Source: a virus
Virus record (IMG/VR): IMGVR_UViG_3300037882_002282
Coordinates: 5,834-69,833 of that record
DNA: 64,000 nucleotides
Direction: 5' to 3' (one strand)
In this document: positions 30,117 to 39,596 of the stretch, in pieces
How the letters are laid out: each line of letters opens with the position of its first letter
Position numbering within the stretch: the first letter of the stretch is position 1
Position numbers and translations under genes: made by a program
Notes under the pieces: model-generated
Told to the model about the DNA's origin: nothing
The model's database searches: none
The model's input: the letters and a program-made list of their open reading frames with translations, nothing else

Positions 30117-30785
30117 TTAGGATTCCTGAACATCGTTTTTGTCAAACTTGTCAATATTTTCCACAGACTCGTCCTTGACTACACCAAAACCTAGACAAGC
30201 GTTACGAACATTTTTTCTTTCTAGTTTTAATCCCTCTAAAGCATCACAGACATTATTAACACAACCATAATCTACATTTAAATCAATTAGCTCTTCACGG
30301 AAATCATACAAAAGCTCGTGTACTTTAAGGTTATGTTTTTCACAAATTTCTTTAGCTCTTGCCCTGAGTTTGTTAATCTCTACCTGAACTTTATTAAGTC
30401 TATTTTGCAAGTCTTGATTATCTTCATGGACTTGTGTTAAGGTAGCGTCTGAATAATCTTCAGCGTTATCTATTGTTTCAACTAATGCTGACTTATCAAA
30501 TACTATTTTACCCTTTTTAATGTTATATAAGACATTAGCAGTTACCTGAATATTAACACAGATTTCCATCTCTTTCTTTTCCGAGAATCCTTCACATCTA
30601 TTTAGAACCTTAATTTGATTATAAAACTTATCCAAGTCTTTCTGCGGGATTGTCTCTAAGAGTTCTGTACCTTCGGGTCTTTCTGGCTCCTTTGGTTTCG
30701 TAGTCTTAGAACCAAGAAATTCCCGCAAAACTTCCATGTCTTCAGGTTCCAGATTTTCCAGCATCTTCTTTAGGTTCATCTTCAA
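30117..30785 (-). CDS. Hypothetical protein (paralog family)
   Basis: 222-aa ORF. Confidence 0.55.
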   Translation of the reverse strand: MKMNLKKMLENLEPEDMEVLREFLGSKTTKPKEPERPEGTELLETIPQKDLDKFYNQIKVLNRCEGFSEKKEMEICVNIQVTANVLYNIKKGKIVFDKSALVETIDNAEDYSDATLTQVHEDNQDLQNRLNKVQVEINKLRARAKEICEKHNLKVHELLYDFREELIDLNVDYGCVNNVCDALEGLKLERKNVRNACLGFGVVKDESVENIDKFDKNDVQES

Positions 30786-30972
30786 CCTTCTTGTTCTTAA
30801 GCTTAATCTCGTTCTTAATTCTTACCTTACTCAACTCTTCCTTAAGTTGTTTTGCCATATCCATACTTACCGTACTCTGTGGAGTCTTTAACGTAATTGA
30901 TACGTCTCGTGCATTAATCCTCTTCAGAAGAGTTGCAACACGTTTCACTGCTCTTTTATCACTTGCGTTCAC
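30742..30972 (-). CDS. Basic hypothetical protein
   Basis: ORF with AAGGA RBS. Confidence 0.45.
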   Translation of the reverse strand: MNASDKRAVKRVATLLKRINARDVSITLKTPQSTVSMDMAKQLKEELSKVRIKNEIKLKNKKVEDEPKEDAGKSGT

Positions 30973-30974
30973 TT

Positions 30975-31253
30975 TTATTCCTTATTCAGATTATCAATAT
31001 CTTCTTGAATCTTTCTAGCCTGCTCACCCATCCTCTCAAGTTCATCCTGAACCTCTTGTTTCAAAGCTTCCATTCTTCTCTTCAATTCGCTAAAATCCCT
31101 AGTTGTCTCAACAAAATTCACATTCAGTTCTGGATATTTCTCTTTAAATTTATCGGATAGATACTTAATAAGTTCAAGTCGTTTAGCCGTATCTTCAGAT
31201 TTAATCGTAATATTAAGTTCCATTTGTTTCCCCTTCGGGTTGTGGGCGTTCAT
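30975..31253 (-). CDS. Coiled-coil hypothetical protein
   Basis: ORF with AAGGA RBS. Confidence 0.5.
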   Translation of the reverse strand: MNAHNPKGKQMELNITIKSEDTAKRLELIKYLSDKFKEKYPELNVNFVETTRDFSELKRRMEALKQEVQDELERMGEQARKIQEDIDNLNKE

Positions 31254-31275
31254 TGTTTATTCCTTAATTCGATGT

Positions 31276-31791
31276 TCATAAAATGCTCGCTAAATCGTCG
31301 ATTCTGCCGTGTGTGTCTTTGTATCCTAGTTCTGAATAAAACTCTAAGATTGAATCCGTACTTGTCTTATACTTCTTCTTTAATTCCTTAACTTTGGTGC
31401 TAACTTTTGCAAACTGCTTATTTAGTGTTGCTAGAATTTTGTTAACGTGTGGGTTTTGTTCCAAAAATGATGCTACGCTTACTTTAACATAGTCAGGGTC
31501 AAATTCAGCACTATGGATAAAGTCCGATACGTCTTCCTTATCGAAAAAGAACCCTTTCTTACCCCATTTAAAACCACAACAAAAATACTCTATATCCACA
31601 TTTAAACTTAAGTCGATAGACTTGTCGAAATCGCACCCCTCCATTTCAAACATTTCTTGAATCATATAATAAAGTTCGTGAAGTTCATCTTCTGGAACCT
31701 TACTTTCATTTAATGCTGGTTTTTGTAGTAGGGTTAGTAATTCCCGACGTTCTTCCTTGCTTAGGTTTTTAACAATAGCACTAGCATTCAT
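31276..31791 (-). CDS. Hypothetical protein (paralog family)
   Basis: 171-aa ORF. Confidence 0.55.
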   Translation of the reverse strand: MNASAIVKNLSKEERRELLTLLQKPALNESKVPEDELHELYYMIQEMFEMEGCDFDKSIDLSLNVDIEYFCCGFKWGKKGFFFDKEDVSDFIHSAEFDPDYVKVSVASFLEQNPHVNKILATLNKQFAKVSTKVKELKKKYKTSTDSILEFYSELGYKDTHGRIDDLASIL

Positions 31792-32036
31792 AGCATTTGC
31801 TCCAATTGTTTCTTTACGTAATCCATATCAAGTTCATTATCTCGGATACGTTGACAAAACCTATACATTCTAAGATAGTCACCAAGAATATGTTTCATAT
31901 GTGTTCCGTTCACAACAACACCACGAATTTTTTCATAAAAACTCCATACTTCTGTAATGTTCAGAACTTTACGATTAACTCTCTCTTCTAAACCAGGACC
32001 AATTTCGTTTTTAATTAAATCATCTAAACTATCCAT
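31788..32036 (-). CDS. Hypothetical protein
   Basis: Coupled ORF. Confidence 0.5.
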   Translation of the reverse strand: MDSLDDLIKNEIGPGLEERVNRKVLNITEVWSFYEKIRGVVVNGTHMKHILGDYLRMYRFCQRIRDNELDMDYVKKQLEQML

Positions 32037-33066
32037 TAGTTGTTTTCCTGTGTTTAGCTACTAATTTACAAAGTTCCCTGAAATATTCTAAACTAAAGTT
32101 GTTTTTCCCGCTATTTACTTTTTTGTGACACCAAGCCACATTGCCTTCAATATACGGTGTCGTGCTATCTATTCTGTCTAATGATGCCGTTCGTTTACCA
32201 GCACGACAATGATTAACTAGAGTTAGTCCGCTAATATAACATAAACCACCTTGTTTTTTATATAAGTTATTCACATAATCATAATCTATTTCAACTAGTA
32301 TACCACGCTCATTAGCTTTATATAAAATATTAGACCAAATACTATGCTTTATATCTGGTAGCTCTTTTTGCTCTACCATATTACTTTGCTTAAACTCTGA
32401 AACGCATTTGCACATCTTGTAAAAATCGTCTAATGACCAGTCCCACTTTATAATATTTATATCGTGGTGAACCCACCACACATTTCCCTCTACATAACCT
32501 TTAGAGGAATCAATTCTATCTAATGAAGCTGTGTATTTGTCATTATATAATTTAGGAAAATATATATCTAATTCGCTTATACAACATTTTCTATTTGAGT
32601 CTTTAAATAATTCCCAAGCATACTCAATTGTTATCGAAAATTCTTTATTGTCAGTTTTAGCTCTTTGTTTAATTGTATTCCACACTCTCCCAGTTATTTC
32701 TTCGTATCCAGTATAATTATGATGTTTGTTACCCAACATAAAGGAACGGCAACCACACGATTTAATTGTGCGTTTATTGATAGCACACGCAGTAGCATCA
32801 CATGTATTTCCACAATCACACTGACACAACCACAATACTTGTTTATTTCGATAACCGTTCTTTCTAATAGCTGTTAGAGAACCACTACGCATTCCAGATA
32901 CATCTAATGTTTTTCTATCCTCTTGTATATTAAATTTTTTTAGATAATAATATATTGTTTGTAAATGTTTACACCCAACCTGTTTTGCTATTTGGTCAAC
33001 GGTTTTCTTGTTGATTAGATATTCTTTTTCTAGAAATTCTCTTGTAAGTATATATTCATGTTTCAT
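32029..33066 (-). CDS. Putative homing endonuclease with duplicated SLDRID nuclease domain
   Basis: HTH, WLCQCDCGN, then ASLDRIDSSKGYVEGNV and ASLDRIDSTTPYIEGNV. Confidence 0.8.
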   Translation of the reverse strand: MKHEYILTREFLEKEYLINKKTVDQIAKQVGCKHLQTIYYYLKKFNIQEDRKTLDVSGMRSGSLTAIRKNGYRNKQVLWLCQCDCGNTCDATACAINKRTIKSCGCRSFMLGNKHHNYTGYEEITGRVWNTIKQRAKTDNKEFSITIEYAWELFKDSNRKCCISELDIYFPKLYNDKYTASLDRIDSSKGYVEGNVWWVHHDINIIKWDWSLDDFYKMCKCVSEFKQSNMVEQKELPDIKHSIWSNILYKANERGILVEIDYDYVNNLYKKQGGLCYISGLTLVNHCRAGKRTASLDRIDSTTPYIEGNVAWCHKKVNSGKNNFSLEYFRELCKLVAKHRKTTNG

Positions 33067-33104
33067 TAGTCCTCCGTATATAGAGTTGGTTTACCTACCA
33101 ATAT

Positions 33105-33112
33105 TATACACC
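33105..33112 (-). promoter_or_regulatory. GGTGTATA promoter-like motif
   Basis: Upstream of the endonuclease gene. Confidence 0.65.
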
Positions 33113-33131
33113 AAAAATTACCAACTACCAA

Positions 33132-34109
33132 TTAGTTGGATGCGCTTTTTCCCCCACCAGAACCATATGTGTTTATCTTTTCGTATCCAGTGTTATGTTT
33201 CTCTAGGGCGTAGTCGATACCCTTACGCTCGATATCTTGGTGTATTTGTTCACAAATATCATTACCTTTTCTAAAATGACAGAATTTCTGGCATTGCCAC
33301 TTTTCTCTAATACGACGAGGGTTTTTAGTCCTTACAATTTCTTCAAATCTATTACGAATAAGCCCTTTTGCTTTTTCTAGGTCGGAGTCATCAAAATAAA
33401 TAGAGTAAATACCACCATAATTAATAAAATAAATCGATAACATTACTTGTTTATCTGGATATAAGCTTCGTAGAGCATAATAATATAAAAGTAGTTGTGG
33501 GTCTTTTTTAAGGGCTTCTTCATCCTTTTCTTGACCAGTATTCCAATTCACCCTTTTGCCACTTTTCCAATCAATGAATTCAATAGTATTATCATCGACT
33601 TTTGTAATTAAATCTATATTGCCTTTTACACTTAAATATCCTGCCCAAATTTCTTTATTAGGTAGGGTAAAGGTGTATTTAGCCCAATCTTCTTTAATTT
33701 CTATATCGAAGGATTGTTCAGCGGAAATAATGTCTAGAGTACGTGGGTCTACAATACCCCCCTTATAATTTAATACTTTCTCGGTCCATTCTAAACAGTC
33801 TTCATAATCAGTAATAAAATATTGGTGGGGCGAATTTGCTACGTTATTGTCGTAACACTTCTTAACTACTTTTTTAACATCTAAACCTATCTTCATTTTT
33901 CCCAGTTCTGGGTCTTGAATATAAGTTTGATTATTCTTTTTGGCTATATTCTCTAGAGCAAATAACTCTAATGCCTTATGGAGCACATTCCCCTTTTCGG
34001 CGGCTTTATTAGACGGTTGTTTTAGATGTAAAACATATTCTAAAAAATATCTTGTTTGGCAAAAATCCCAAGTATTATAACTAGAACTTCGTAAAAAAGT
34101 GGTTATCAT
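33132..34109 (-). CDS. Cas4/RecB-like PD-(D/E)XK exonuclease
   Basis: SS...C...G..LH, E, G.IDL, IDWKSG, QL..Y; 1+3 Cys (C...CQKFC...C). Confidence 0.88.
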   Translation of the reverse strand: MITTFLRSSSYNTWDFCQTRYFLEYVLHLKQPSNKAAEKGNVLHKALELFALENIAKKNNQTYIQDPELGKMKIGLDVKKVVKKCYDNNVANSPHQYFITDYEDCLEWTEKVLNYKGGIVDPRTLDIISAEQSFDIEIKEDWAKYTFTLPNKEIWAGYLSVKGNIDLITKVDDNTIEFIDWKSGKRVNWNTGQEKDEEALKKDPQLLLYYYALRSLYPDKQVMLSIYFINYGGIYSIYFDDSDLEKAKGLIRNRFEEIVRTKNPRRIREKWQCQKFCHFRKGNDICEQIHQDIERKGIDYALEKHNTGYEKINTYGSGGGKSASN

Positions 34110-34847
34110 TTATGAATTATACTCCACAACAACTTTACACCAATGCTTTAATTCGTCCACAGATAGAGTGTGTCTCATAAAGTTTATAGTCTTGTGTGTC
34201 CATTGGACATTATTTATTACGTATCCTTTAGTATTATCGATTCTATCAAGTGATGCTGTGGGTCTTTTATTGTTTGTTATATCTAAGGATAACTCAACTC
34301 CGCTAATAGCACACTTCTTATCTTGTTTTATAAACAAGTCCCACAGATATTCTGGTTCAACACTATATTCTAAACCATCCCTTTTTGCTCTATGTTTAAT
34401 AGACGCAAGAGTTTGACCATAAAGTTCTCCACACCCACTTCTAGTTGCTGGTTTAATTTTACGGACCTCTATACCATGTCTATTCAAAGCTTCTGCTACG
34501 GAAGCTGGTGATTTGATTCCAAATTCTACAGCAATTTCTACATGATTTTTGTTTAAGCGTATATAATGCTCTTCTAAAAATTGTTTTGTCAATAACTCAG
34601 ATGGTTTGGTTTCGGATGAAAGTCTTTTACAACCACAATTTTTTTTAATATTTCCAACAAGCAAATAATTTTTAACTACTACTTCGTTTCCACACGTACA
34701 TTTACAAATCCAAGCAGTTTGTTTGGAGTTATATGGACCATAAATTGGACTATTTTGAGCTTTTCTTACGTATGATCTTTTTATTACTACAAGATCGTTA
34801 AATTTTTGCCCAGTCAAATCGTAATCAATTTTGTTGTTAGCAGACAT
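34110..34847 (-). CDS. Putative homing endonuclease (SLDRID family)
   Basis: WICKCTCGN, HTH, ASLDRIDNTKGYVINNVQW. Confidence 0.8.
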   Translation of the reverse strand: MSANNKIDYDLTGQKFNDLVVIKRSYVRKAQNSPIYGPYNSKQTAWICKCTCGNEVVVKNYLLVGNIKKNCGCKRLSSETKPSELLTKQFLEEHYIRLNKNHVEIAVEFGIKSPASVAEALNRHGIEVRKIKPATRSGCGELYGQTLASIKHRAKRDGLEYSVEPEYLWDLFIKQDKKCAISGVELSLDITNNKRPTASLDRIDNTKGYVINNVQWTHKTINFMRHTLSVDELKHWCKVVVEYNS

Positions 34848-34891
34848 TGTTTACCCCTTCTATTAGACTATAAACATATTCTATAGTCTAT

Positions 34892-34899
34892 TATACACC
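34892..34899 (-). promoter_or_regulatory. GGTGTATA promoter-like motif
   Basis: Upstream of the endonuclease gene. Confidence 0.65.
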
Positions 34900-34901
34900 A
34901 T

Positions 34902-35105
34902 TCATTCATCTTTCCAAAGGGTTTTAAGTCCGAGACAACATAAATATAGAACTATTAATAAGGGTATATATTGTAGACTACCATAAAACCACCAGAATAG
35001 CGGTCGTCCACCACTGAAAGCTCTTACTCCGTCCAGAGCGTATGTAAAGAAACCTAGTCCTATTACTATCACAGATAGAATGATCCCTAATAATACCTTA
35101 TTCAT
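34902..35105 (-). CDS. Two-TM membrane protein
   Basis: Two hydrophobic segments. Confidence 0.55.
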   Translation of the reverse strand: MNKVLLGIILSVIVIGLGFFTYALDGVRAFSGGRPLFWWFYGSLQYIPLLIVLYLCCLGLKTLWKDE

Positions 35106-35841
35106 TAAATAAACTAAGCTCCTTTACTAAGTTGAATACTTTTTCCGCAGTCTGTTCCAATGTTAGAACATTATTATCAATTACAGTGTCAAACTTTTCA
35201 TAATTGTCTAATACATTTTCGCTAGAGTGTGAATCGGCTTCAACTTGACGCAAGAGACGGATTACGTGTCCGCCCTTTTGTTGAATTCCCTCTACCTCGT
35301 TAACGAACCGAACATCGTTGATAATAGCGACCTTGGGTGCTTCTCGCTCAATTCGGCGTAAACAAGATTTTACCCATACATCAGTATCAATTGTGCGAAA
35401 AATATCTGTACCTACCACCTGCATAATTTCTCTATTAGTCATTAGCTCGTCGTCCCTGTTCTGAGCCAACTTCTTAGTTTCTTGAGAAAGAAACTTTCTG
35501 AAATCTTTCCACTTATATTTGGTGGGCCTATTTTTGCCTTCGCGTGAAAAACAGTCTTCATCTAGCCCCAGAACATCCATACAGACTGAGCGCTTGAGGG
35601 CTTCTGCGTAGTTATAAACCTTAAGATGGGGGCCTAATAAGTCTACTAATGGGTGACGAGAATCCCGCTTGAATACTTCATCCACCGATAAGGTTTCTTG
35701 CCCAATAAGTAGGTGTCCCTCTTCAGAGATATTAAACTCAGGAATCATTTTCAGGCTAACCATAGCTAGTCCAGTAATATAGTTACTGAACGTAGTCTTG
35801 CCCGATTCCTTCTTGCCGCTAATACCAATAATCATTGTCAT
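35098..35841 (-). CDS. Deoxynucleoside monophosphate kinase
   Basis: GISGKKESGKT, REIMQ.VGTD.FR, DVRFVNE, HSSE. Confidence 0.88.
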   Translation of the reverse strand: MTMIIGISGKKESGKTTFSNYITGLAMVSLKMIPEFNISEEGHLLIGQETLSVDEVFKRDSRHPLVDLLGPHLKVYNYAEALKRSVCMDVLGLDEDCFSREGKNRPTKYKWKDFRKFLSQETKKLAQNRDDELMTNREIMQVVGTDIFRTIDTDVWVKSCLRRIEREAPKVAIINDVRFVNEVEGIQQKGGHVIRLLRQVEADSHSSENVLDNYEKFDTVIDNNVLTLEQTAEKVFNLVKELSLFNE

Positions 35842-35842
35842 T

Positions 35843-36859
35843 TCATACCCTTTTCTTATATTTTTCCAAAGTGGGTTTAATTAGTTCATCCACTTCATTC
35901 TGTGTTAGCTCGCCCAAATCTTTCTTGGGGAATTTAAGGTCCACAACCATACATTGACGCTCAAATCTAGAACGAATTTTTTCTTTGGCTTCTTGCCCAG
36001 CTTCATCGTTATCTAGCCCTAATAGAATTGTTCGTGGGTTTAAGCTCTCTATGAGATATTGTTGGTTGTCAGACATTTGTGCCCCAAAAATGCCCACTAC
36101 ATTATCAACACCTTTAGAGACAAGATTTAGTACATCTAGTGGACCCTCAACTATAATGACCGATCCATTTTTCTCGATACTGTCTCGACCTTCCCATAAA
36201 TTAAATAAGTTGTGGTGCGTCTTGAAGTTTTTCGAGTGGACCCATTTTTTTTGGGCTCGTTCTTTGTAGTCTTCTCCTGGGTATCTTGCTGTGAATCCGA
36301 CATACTTATCCTCTTTGAAAGGGTGTCTAACTGGAATGACTACCCGCCCTGTAAATATACCTCTGGTAGCCGTAAAAATCTTGTAGTCAGCCAAAGTTTT
36401 CGGGCAGAACCCACGTTCGATAAGATAGGTAGGAGGGCAAGTTTGACGCTCAACAATGCTAGCTTCGTATGTTTTTTCTTCTTTGGGTTTTATTTGTGAT
36501 AAGGAATTACTTAACGAAATGAAATCTCGTTTTTCGCTAAGGGCTGGAGTGGGTGCTTTGAGCCCTTTAGCAATCTTATTAATAAAGATATTTTTGGCTT
36601 CAGTTCTACTACATCCATGAATGCCCCTAATAAACCCAATTAAATCCTTGCCAGTTTCATTATGACATTTGTGTGAATAGCAAATATAAACTCCACTATT
36701 CTTATAGATACAGCAAGAGGTATTTTTTGTCCCGCCGTGGACAGGACAAGCCATAGAAAAGTAACTACCGTTATCTTTGTACTCTATACCAAAATATTCT
36801 AATATCTGTTCTATACGATTAATACATTCGTGATGTAAATCCCTAGAATTGACCACCAT
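35843..36859 (-). CDS. dnaG: DNA primase (Zn finger + TOPRIM)
   Basis: CPVH...C...C, VEGPLD, LDNDEAG. Confidence 0.9.
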   Translation of the reverse strand: MVVNSRDLHHECINRIEQILEYFGIEYKDNGSYFSMACPVHGGTKNTSCCIYKNSGVYICYSHKCHNETGKDLIGFIRGIHGCSRTEAKNIFINKIAKGLKAPTPALSEKRDFISLSNSLSQIKPKEEKTYEASIVERQTCPPTYLIERGFCPKTLADYKIFTATRGIFTGRVVIPVRHPFKEDKYVGFTARYPGEDYKERAQKKWVHSKNFKTHHNLFNLWEGRDSIEKNGSVIIVEGPLDVLNLVSKGVDNVVGIFGAQMSDNQQYLIESLNPRTILLGLDNDEAGQEAKEKIRSRFERQCMVVDLKFPKKDLGELTQNEVDELIKPTLEKYKKRV

Positions 36860-38273
36860 CGTAATCTTCAGCTTCTAAGTCATCTTTAACAATATTAGAT
36901 TTTAAAGTAACTTCTGTAATTTTACATGTATTTTCGTCCATGTTCATACAGATATAATCGAAGGCATTGTTTACTGGACCGTGGCGTGACTTTAGAACCA
37001 TGAGTCGTCTATTACCATTTTGTGGGCCATCTTCACCAATTTCTTTAGCTTCTTTTGCTCGATATAATGCAAAAGTTGCTGCGGGGTGAGTAATTCTGTC
37101 TGAACCAGCAATTACACCAGTATCATCCCTACTAATACCATCCCTGTTTAACTGTACGAGAGAGAAAATTGGAAAAGCATATTGGGAGGCAAGACTGCGT
37201 AACTGATCCATCATATAACCAAGTAATTGAAACTCAGCTATGTTTTTTGATAGATCATCTGAGCCAGCAGGTTTGAAATAGTCATAAATTACAACACAGT
37301 CTTTAGCTTTGCCATTTTCATCTAATCCAACGTCTTTGATTACCCATCTACGAATAATAGATAAGGCTTCTGAAAAAGTGCGGTTGTTTGTAGAAACATA
37401 GCTAATGGGCAATTTTTTAAGATAATCAACAGCTTGCTCCACAGATTTTTGGGCGTCTTCTGAGGCAGTAAAACTACCATCTTCGACTGAGGAACACGCG
37501 ACCCCAGACAAGACCCCCAATTGGCGGGGGTAGTGGTCGTGATCGTACATTTCTGTGTCTACATATAGGACAGGTATCCCCAATTTCCCAGCTATGTGGA
37601 GGGCGATATTATCTGAGAATAAACTTTTGCCTACACCCGTTCTCGCCCCGAACAGGTTGACCGTTCCCCTGCGTAATCCGCCCCCCAGATATTTATCATA
37701 AATTTTGTAGCCCGTAGAAATACCTACGGCTCTACCCTGATTATTTATCACATGATCCATGTACTCATCTAGGTTATCACTTAGATTACTTACCTTACCA
37801 GAACTATTATCTGATAAGTCATTAGATATATCCAGAATAGGAGTTTCAATTTTGGAGATAATTTCGTCTACAGATTCGTCACCAGTAAATTCGCCAAATT
37901 CCCTGATTGAGTTTTTAAGACGTTCTCTAACATTTCTGACTACAGCAAGTTTCTTTAGTTTGACAGCAAATTTTCTAACATTCTCTAGTTCTACATGTAA
38001 TTGAACTATACTTTGAAGATGTTTACGCTCGTCTGGATCATGCAACATCTCATAACAACCAACACTTTTAGCTGCCGACATGATGGACGGCATATCAATT
38101 TTTGGGGTATCGTCTTTTGAAAAGATATGGGTGATGCACTTAAAAAGATATTGGTTACTATCAATAGTAAATGTGTCAACATCTATAATATCTGAACAAT
38201 CTAAGTACGCATCAGCCCCATGATTAATAATTCCAGATAGAACAGCCCTCTCTGAAAACGGGTCAGATAACAC
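36843..38273 (-). CDS. dnaB: Replicative DnaB-like helicase
   Basis: ERAVL, GARTGVGKS, DTEM, YDY, QLNR, KSRHG. Confidence 0.92.
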   Translation of the reverse strand: MLSDPFSERAVLSGIINHGADAYLDCSDIIDVDTFTIDSNQYLFKCITHIFSKDDTPKIDMPSIMSAAKSVGCYEMLHDPDERKHLQSIVQLHVELENVRKFAVKLKKLAVVRNVRERLKNSIREFGEFTGDESVDEIISKIETPILDISNDLSDNSSGKVSNLSDNLDEYMDHVINNQGRAVGISTGYKIYDKYLGGGLRRGTVNLFGARTGVGKSLFSDNIALHIAGKLGIPVLYVDTEMYDHDHYPRQLGVLSGVACSSVEDGSFTASEDAQKSVEQAVDYLKKLPISYVSTNNRTFSEALSIIRRWVIKDVGLDENGKAKDCVVIYDYFKPAGSDDLSKNIAEFQLLGYMMDQLRSLASQYAFPIFSLVQLNRDGISRDDTGVIAGSDRITHPAATFALYRAKEAKEIGEDGPQNGNRRLMVLKSRHGPVNNAFDYICMNMDENTCKITEVTLKSNIVKDDLEAEDYDGGQF

Positions 38274-38282
38274 CTAGGCTCC

Positions 38283-38738
38283 TTATCGTTGACTACATCG
38301 TGAACAATAGATATCGGTATTAGCGTCTGCTACACCCTTTTCATTTGCCACTACTACCTTATATTCTCTATTACACTTATCACATTTCTTGGTTACATAT
38401 CTGGCTGCTGGACGTTTTTTGTGTCTAGCCCTTTTACGTTTTGGGTTTAGAATTAAGTCAATATCCTTTTCTTTCCCGTCTTTAGGATCGATTGCTGTTT
38501 CACGCCAACCACCTTCTAAGAGGTCAGTTTCCTCTAGAAATAGGTTGGGTCTACCCTTAGCATTCATAGGCAAATGTTTTAATTCATCTTTTGTATATTT
38601 TCTATCTCCAACAGAGATAATTTCTTTTTCTTCTGGGGGCGAAATATACTCGCCAGTTAGTTTACTGTAACCTTCAGCTACAGTAGTCCAGTCCCCGTTT
38701 TGTAAACCTTGTTTAATTAATTCTAGGGGTGACGCCAT
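38283..38738 (-). CDS. Zn-finger hypothetical protein
   Basis: CDKC...CSRC. Confidence 0.55.
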   Translation of the reverse strand: MASPLELIKQGLQNGDWTTVAEGYSKLTGEYISPPEEKEIISVGDRKYTKDELKHLPMNAKGRPNLFLEETDLLEGGWRETAIDPKDGKEKDIDLILNPKRKRARHKKRPAARYVTKKCDKCNREYKVVVANEKGVADANTDIYCSRCSQR

Positions 38739-39241
38739 TATTCTTTCCTGTATTGTAAAGATTGCATTGTTTTAGACATGAACTCTATCTTGGTTGCTAG
38801 CTGTGATAGTCTTTCAATCCGTAATTTAGCTTTCATTTTTAATGAGAAAAGTGAGTGAGCATAACTATTATCTGCTATAACTAAGTTCTGAACTTCTTCA
38901 TAAGAAATATACTTATCGTTCCTATACCTTTTACTATTTTTTCCGATATGAACTTTGAGAGTTGCGTCAGCCCACGCTAGCTTGGAATTCTCTCTATTTA
39001 GCGTTTGTTGCACCCAATACGAATACTGGGCTAACTCATAGGCTGCTTCTCCACATTGCTCCCGAGAGAGTTTTTGTAGTGCAGCCGAATTCATTTTAAA
39101 ATATTGGGAAACTTCTGGTTTGAAGCCAACTGGATTAACGAGCCCAATTGATTCTTCAAACTCGTCTAGTTTTTCTTGTGAAAGAGTTAATTCTTCATCA
39201 GCCTTCAAGTTTTCGTCTGATTGTTGTGTCATCTTCGTCAA
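38738..39241 (-). CDS. Helical protein, possibly a UvsY-like recombination mediator
   Basis: All-helical; lies between recA and dnaB. Confidence 0.4.
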   Translation of the reverse strand: MTKMTQQSDENLKADEELTLSQEKLDEFEESIGLVNPVGFKPEVSQYFKMNSAALQKLSREQCGEAAYELAQYSYWVQQTLNRENSKLAWADATLKVHIGKNSKRYRNDKYISYEEVQNLVIADNSYAHSLFSLKMKAKLRIERLSQLATKIEFMSKTMQSLQYRKE

Positions 39242-39596
39242 ATCGGATTGTGACTAGTTTAATTCCGTTCCATTCACACCAATTCTTTTTATATGTATCT
39301 CTACGTTGAGCTTCTAGAAAATCTTTTTTATTTGGGTAATGAAAATTATTATATGTATAATGTTGCTCACCGTTTACTTCTATAGCCATTTTGCGTAATG
39401 GTAAATAAAAATCTATATATAAAATTTTCCCAGGTATTGGTACTTCTTCTAGAATAGCATCTGTCGGATAAAGCTCTTTAAGAATAGACCGTACATTAAG
39501 ATGTAATTTGCTTCTGGGACGAGTATCATCAGAATTGGGCATATAACCGTATAGATTCCAAGAGTATACTTTGCCGTTTTCATCCACTACTTTCAT
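39198..39596 (-). CDS. DUF559/Vsr-like endonuclease
   Basis: YIDFY...AIEVNGEQHY...RD..K..WC..NGI.L. Confidence 0.8.
   Translation of the reverse strand: MKVVDENGKVYSWNLYGYMPNSDDTRPRSKLHLNVRSILKELYPTDAILEEVPIPGKILYIDFYLPLRKMAIEVNGEQHYTYNNFHYPNKKDFLEAQRRDTYKKNWCEWNGIKLVTIRFDEDDTTIRRKLEG

Noticed and set aside
33132-34109. Cas4 as evidence of a CRISPR-Cas locus
   Set aside because: No cas1/cas2 or array seen; solo Cas4-like nucleases are common in phage replication modules
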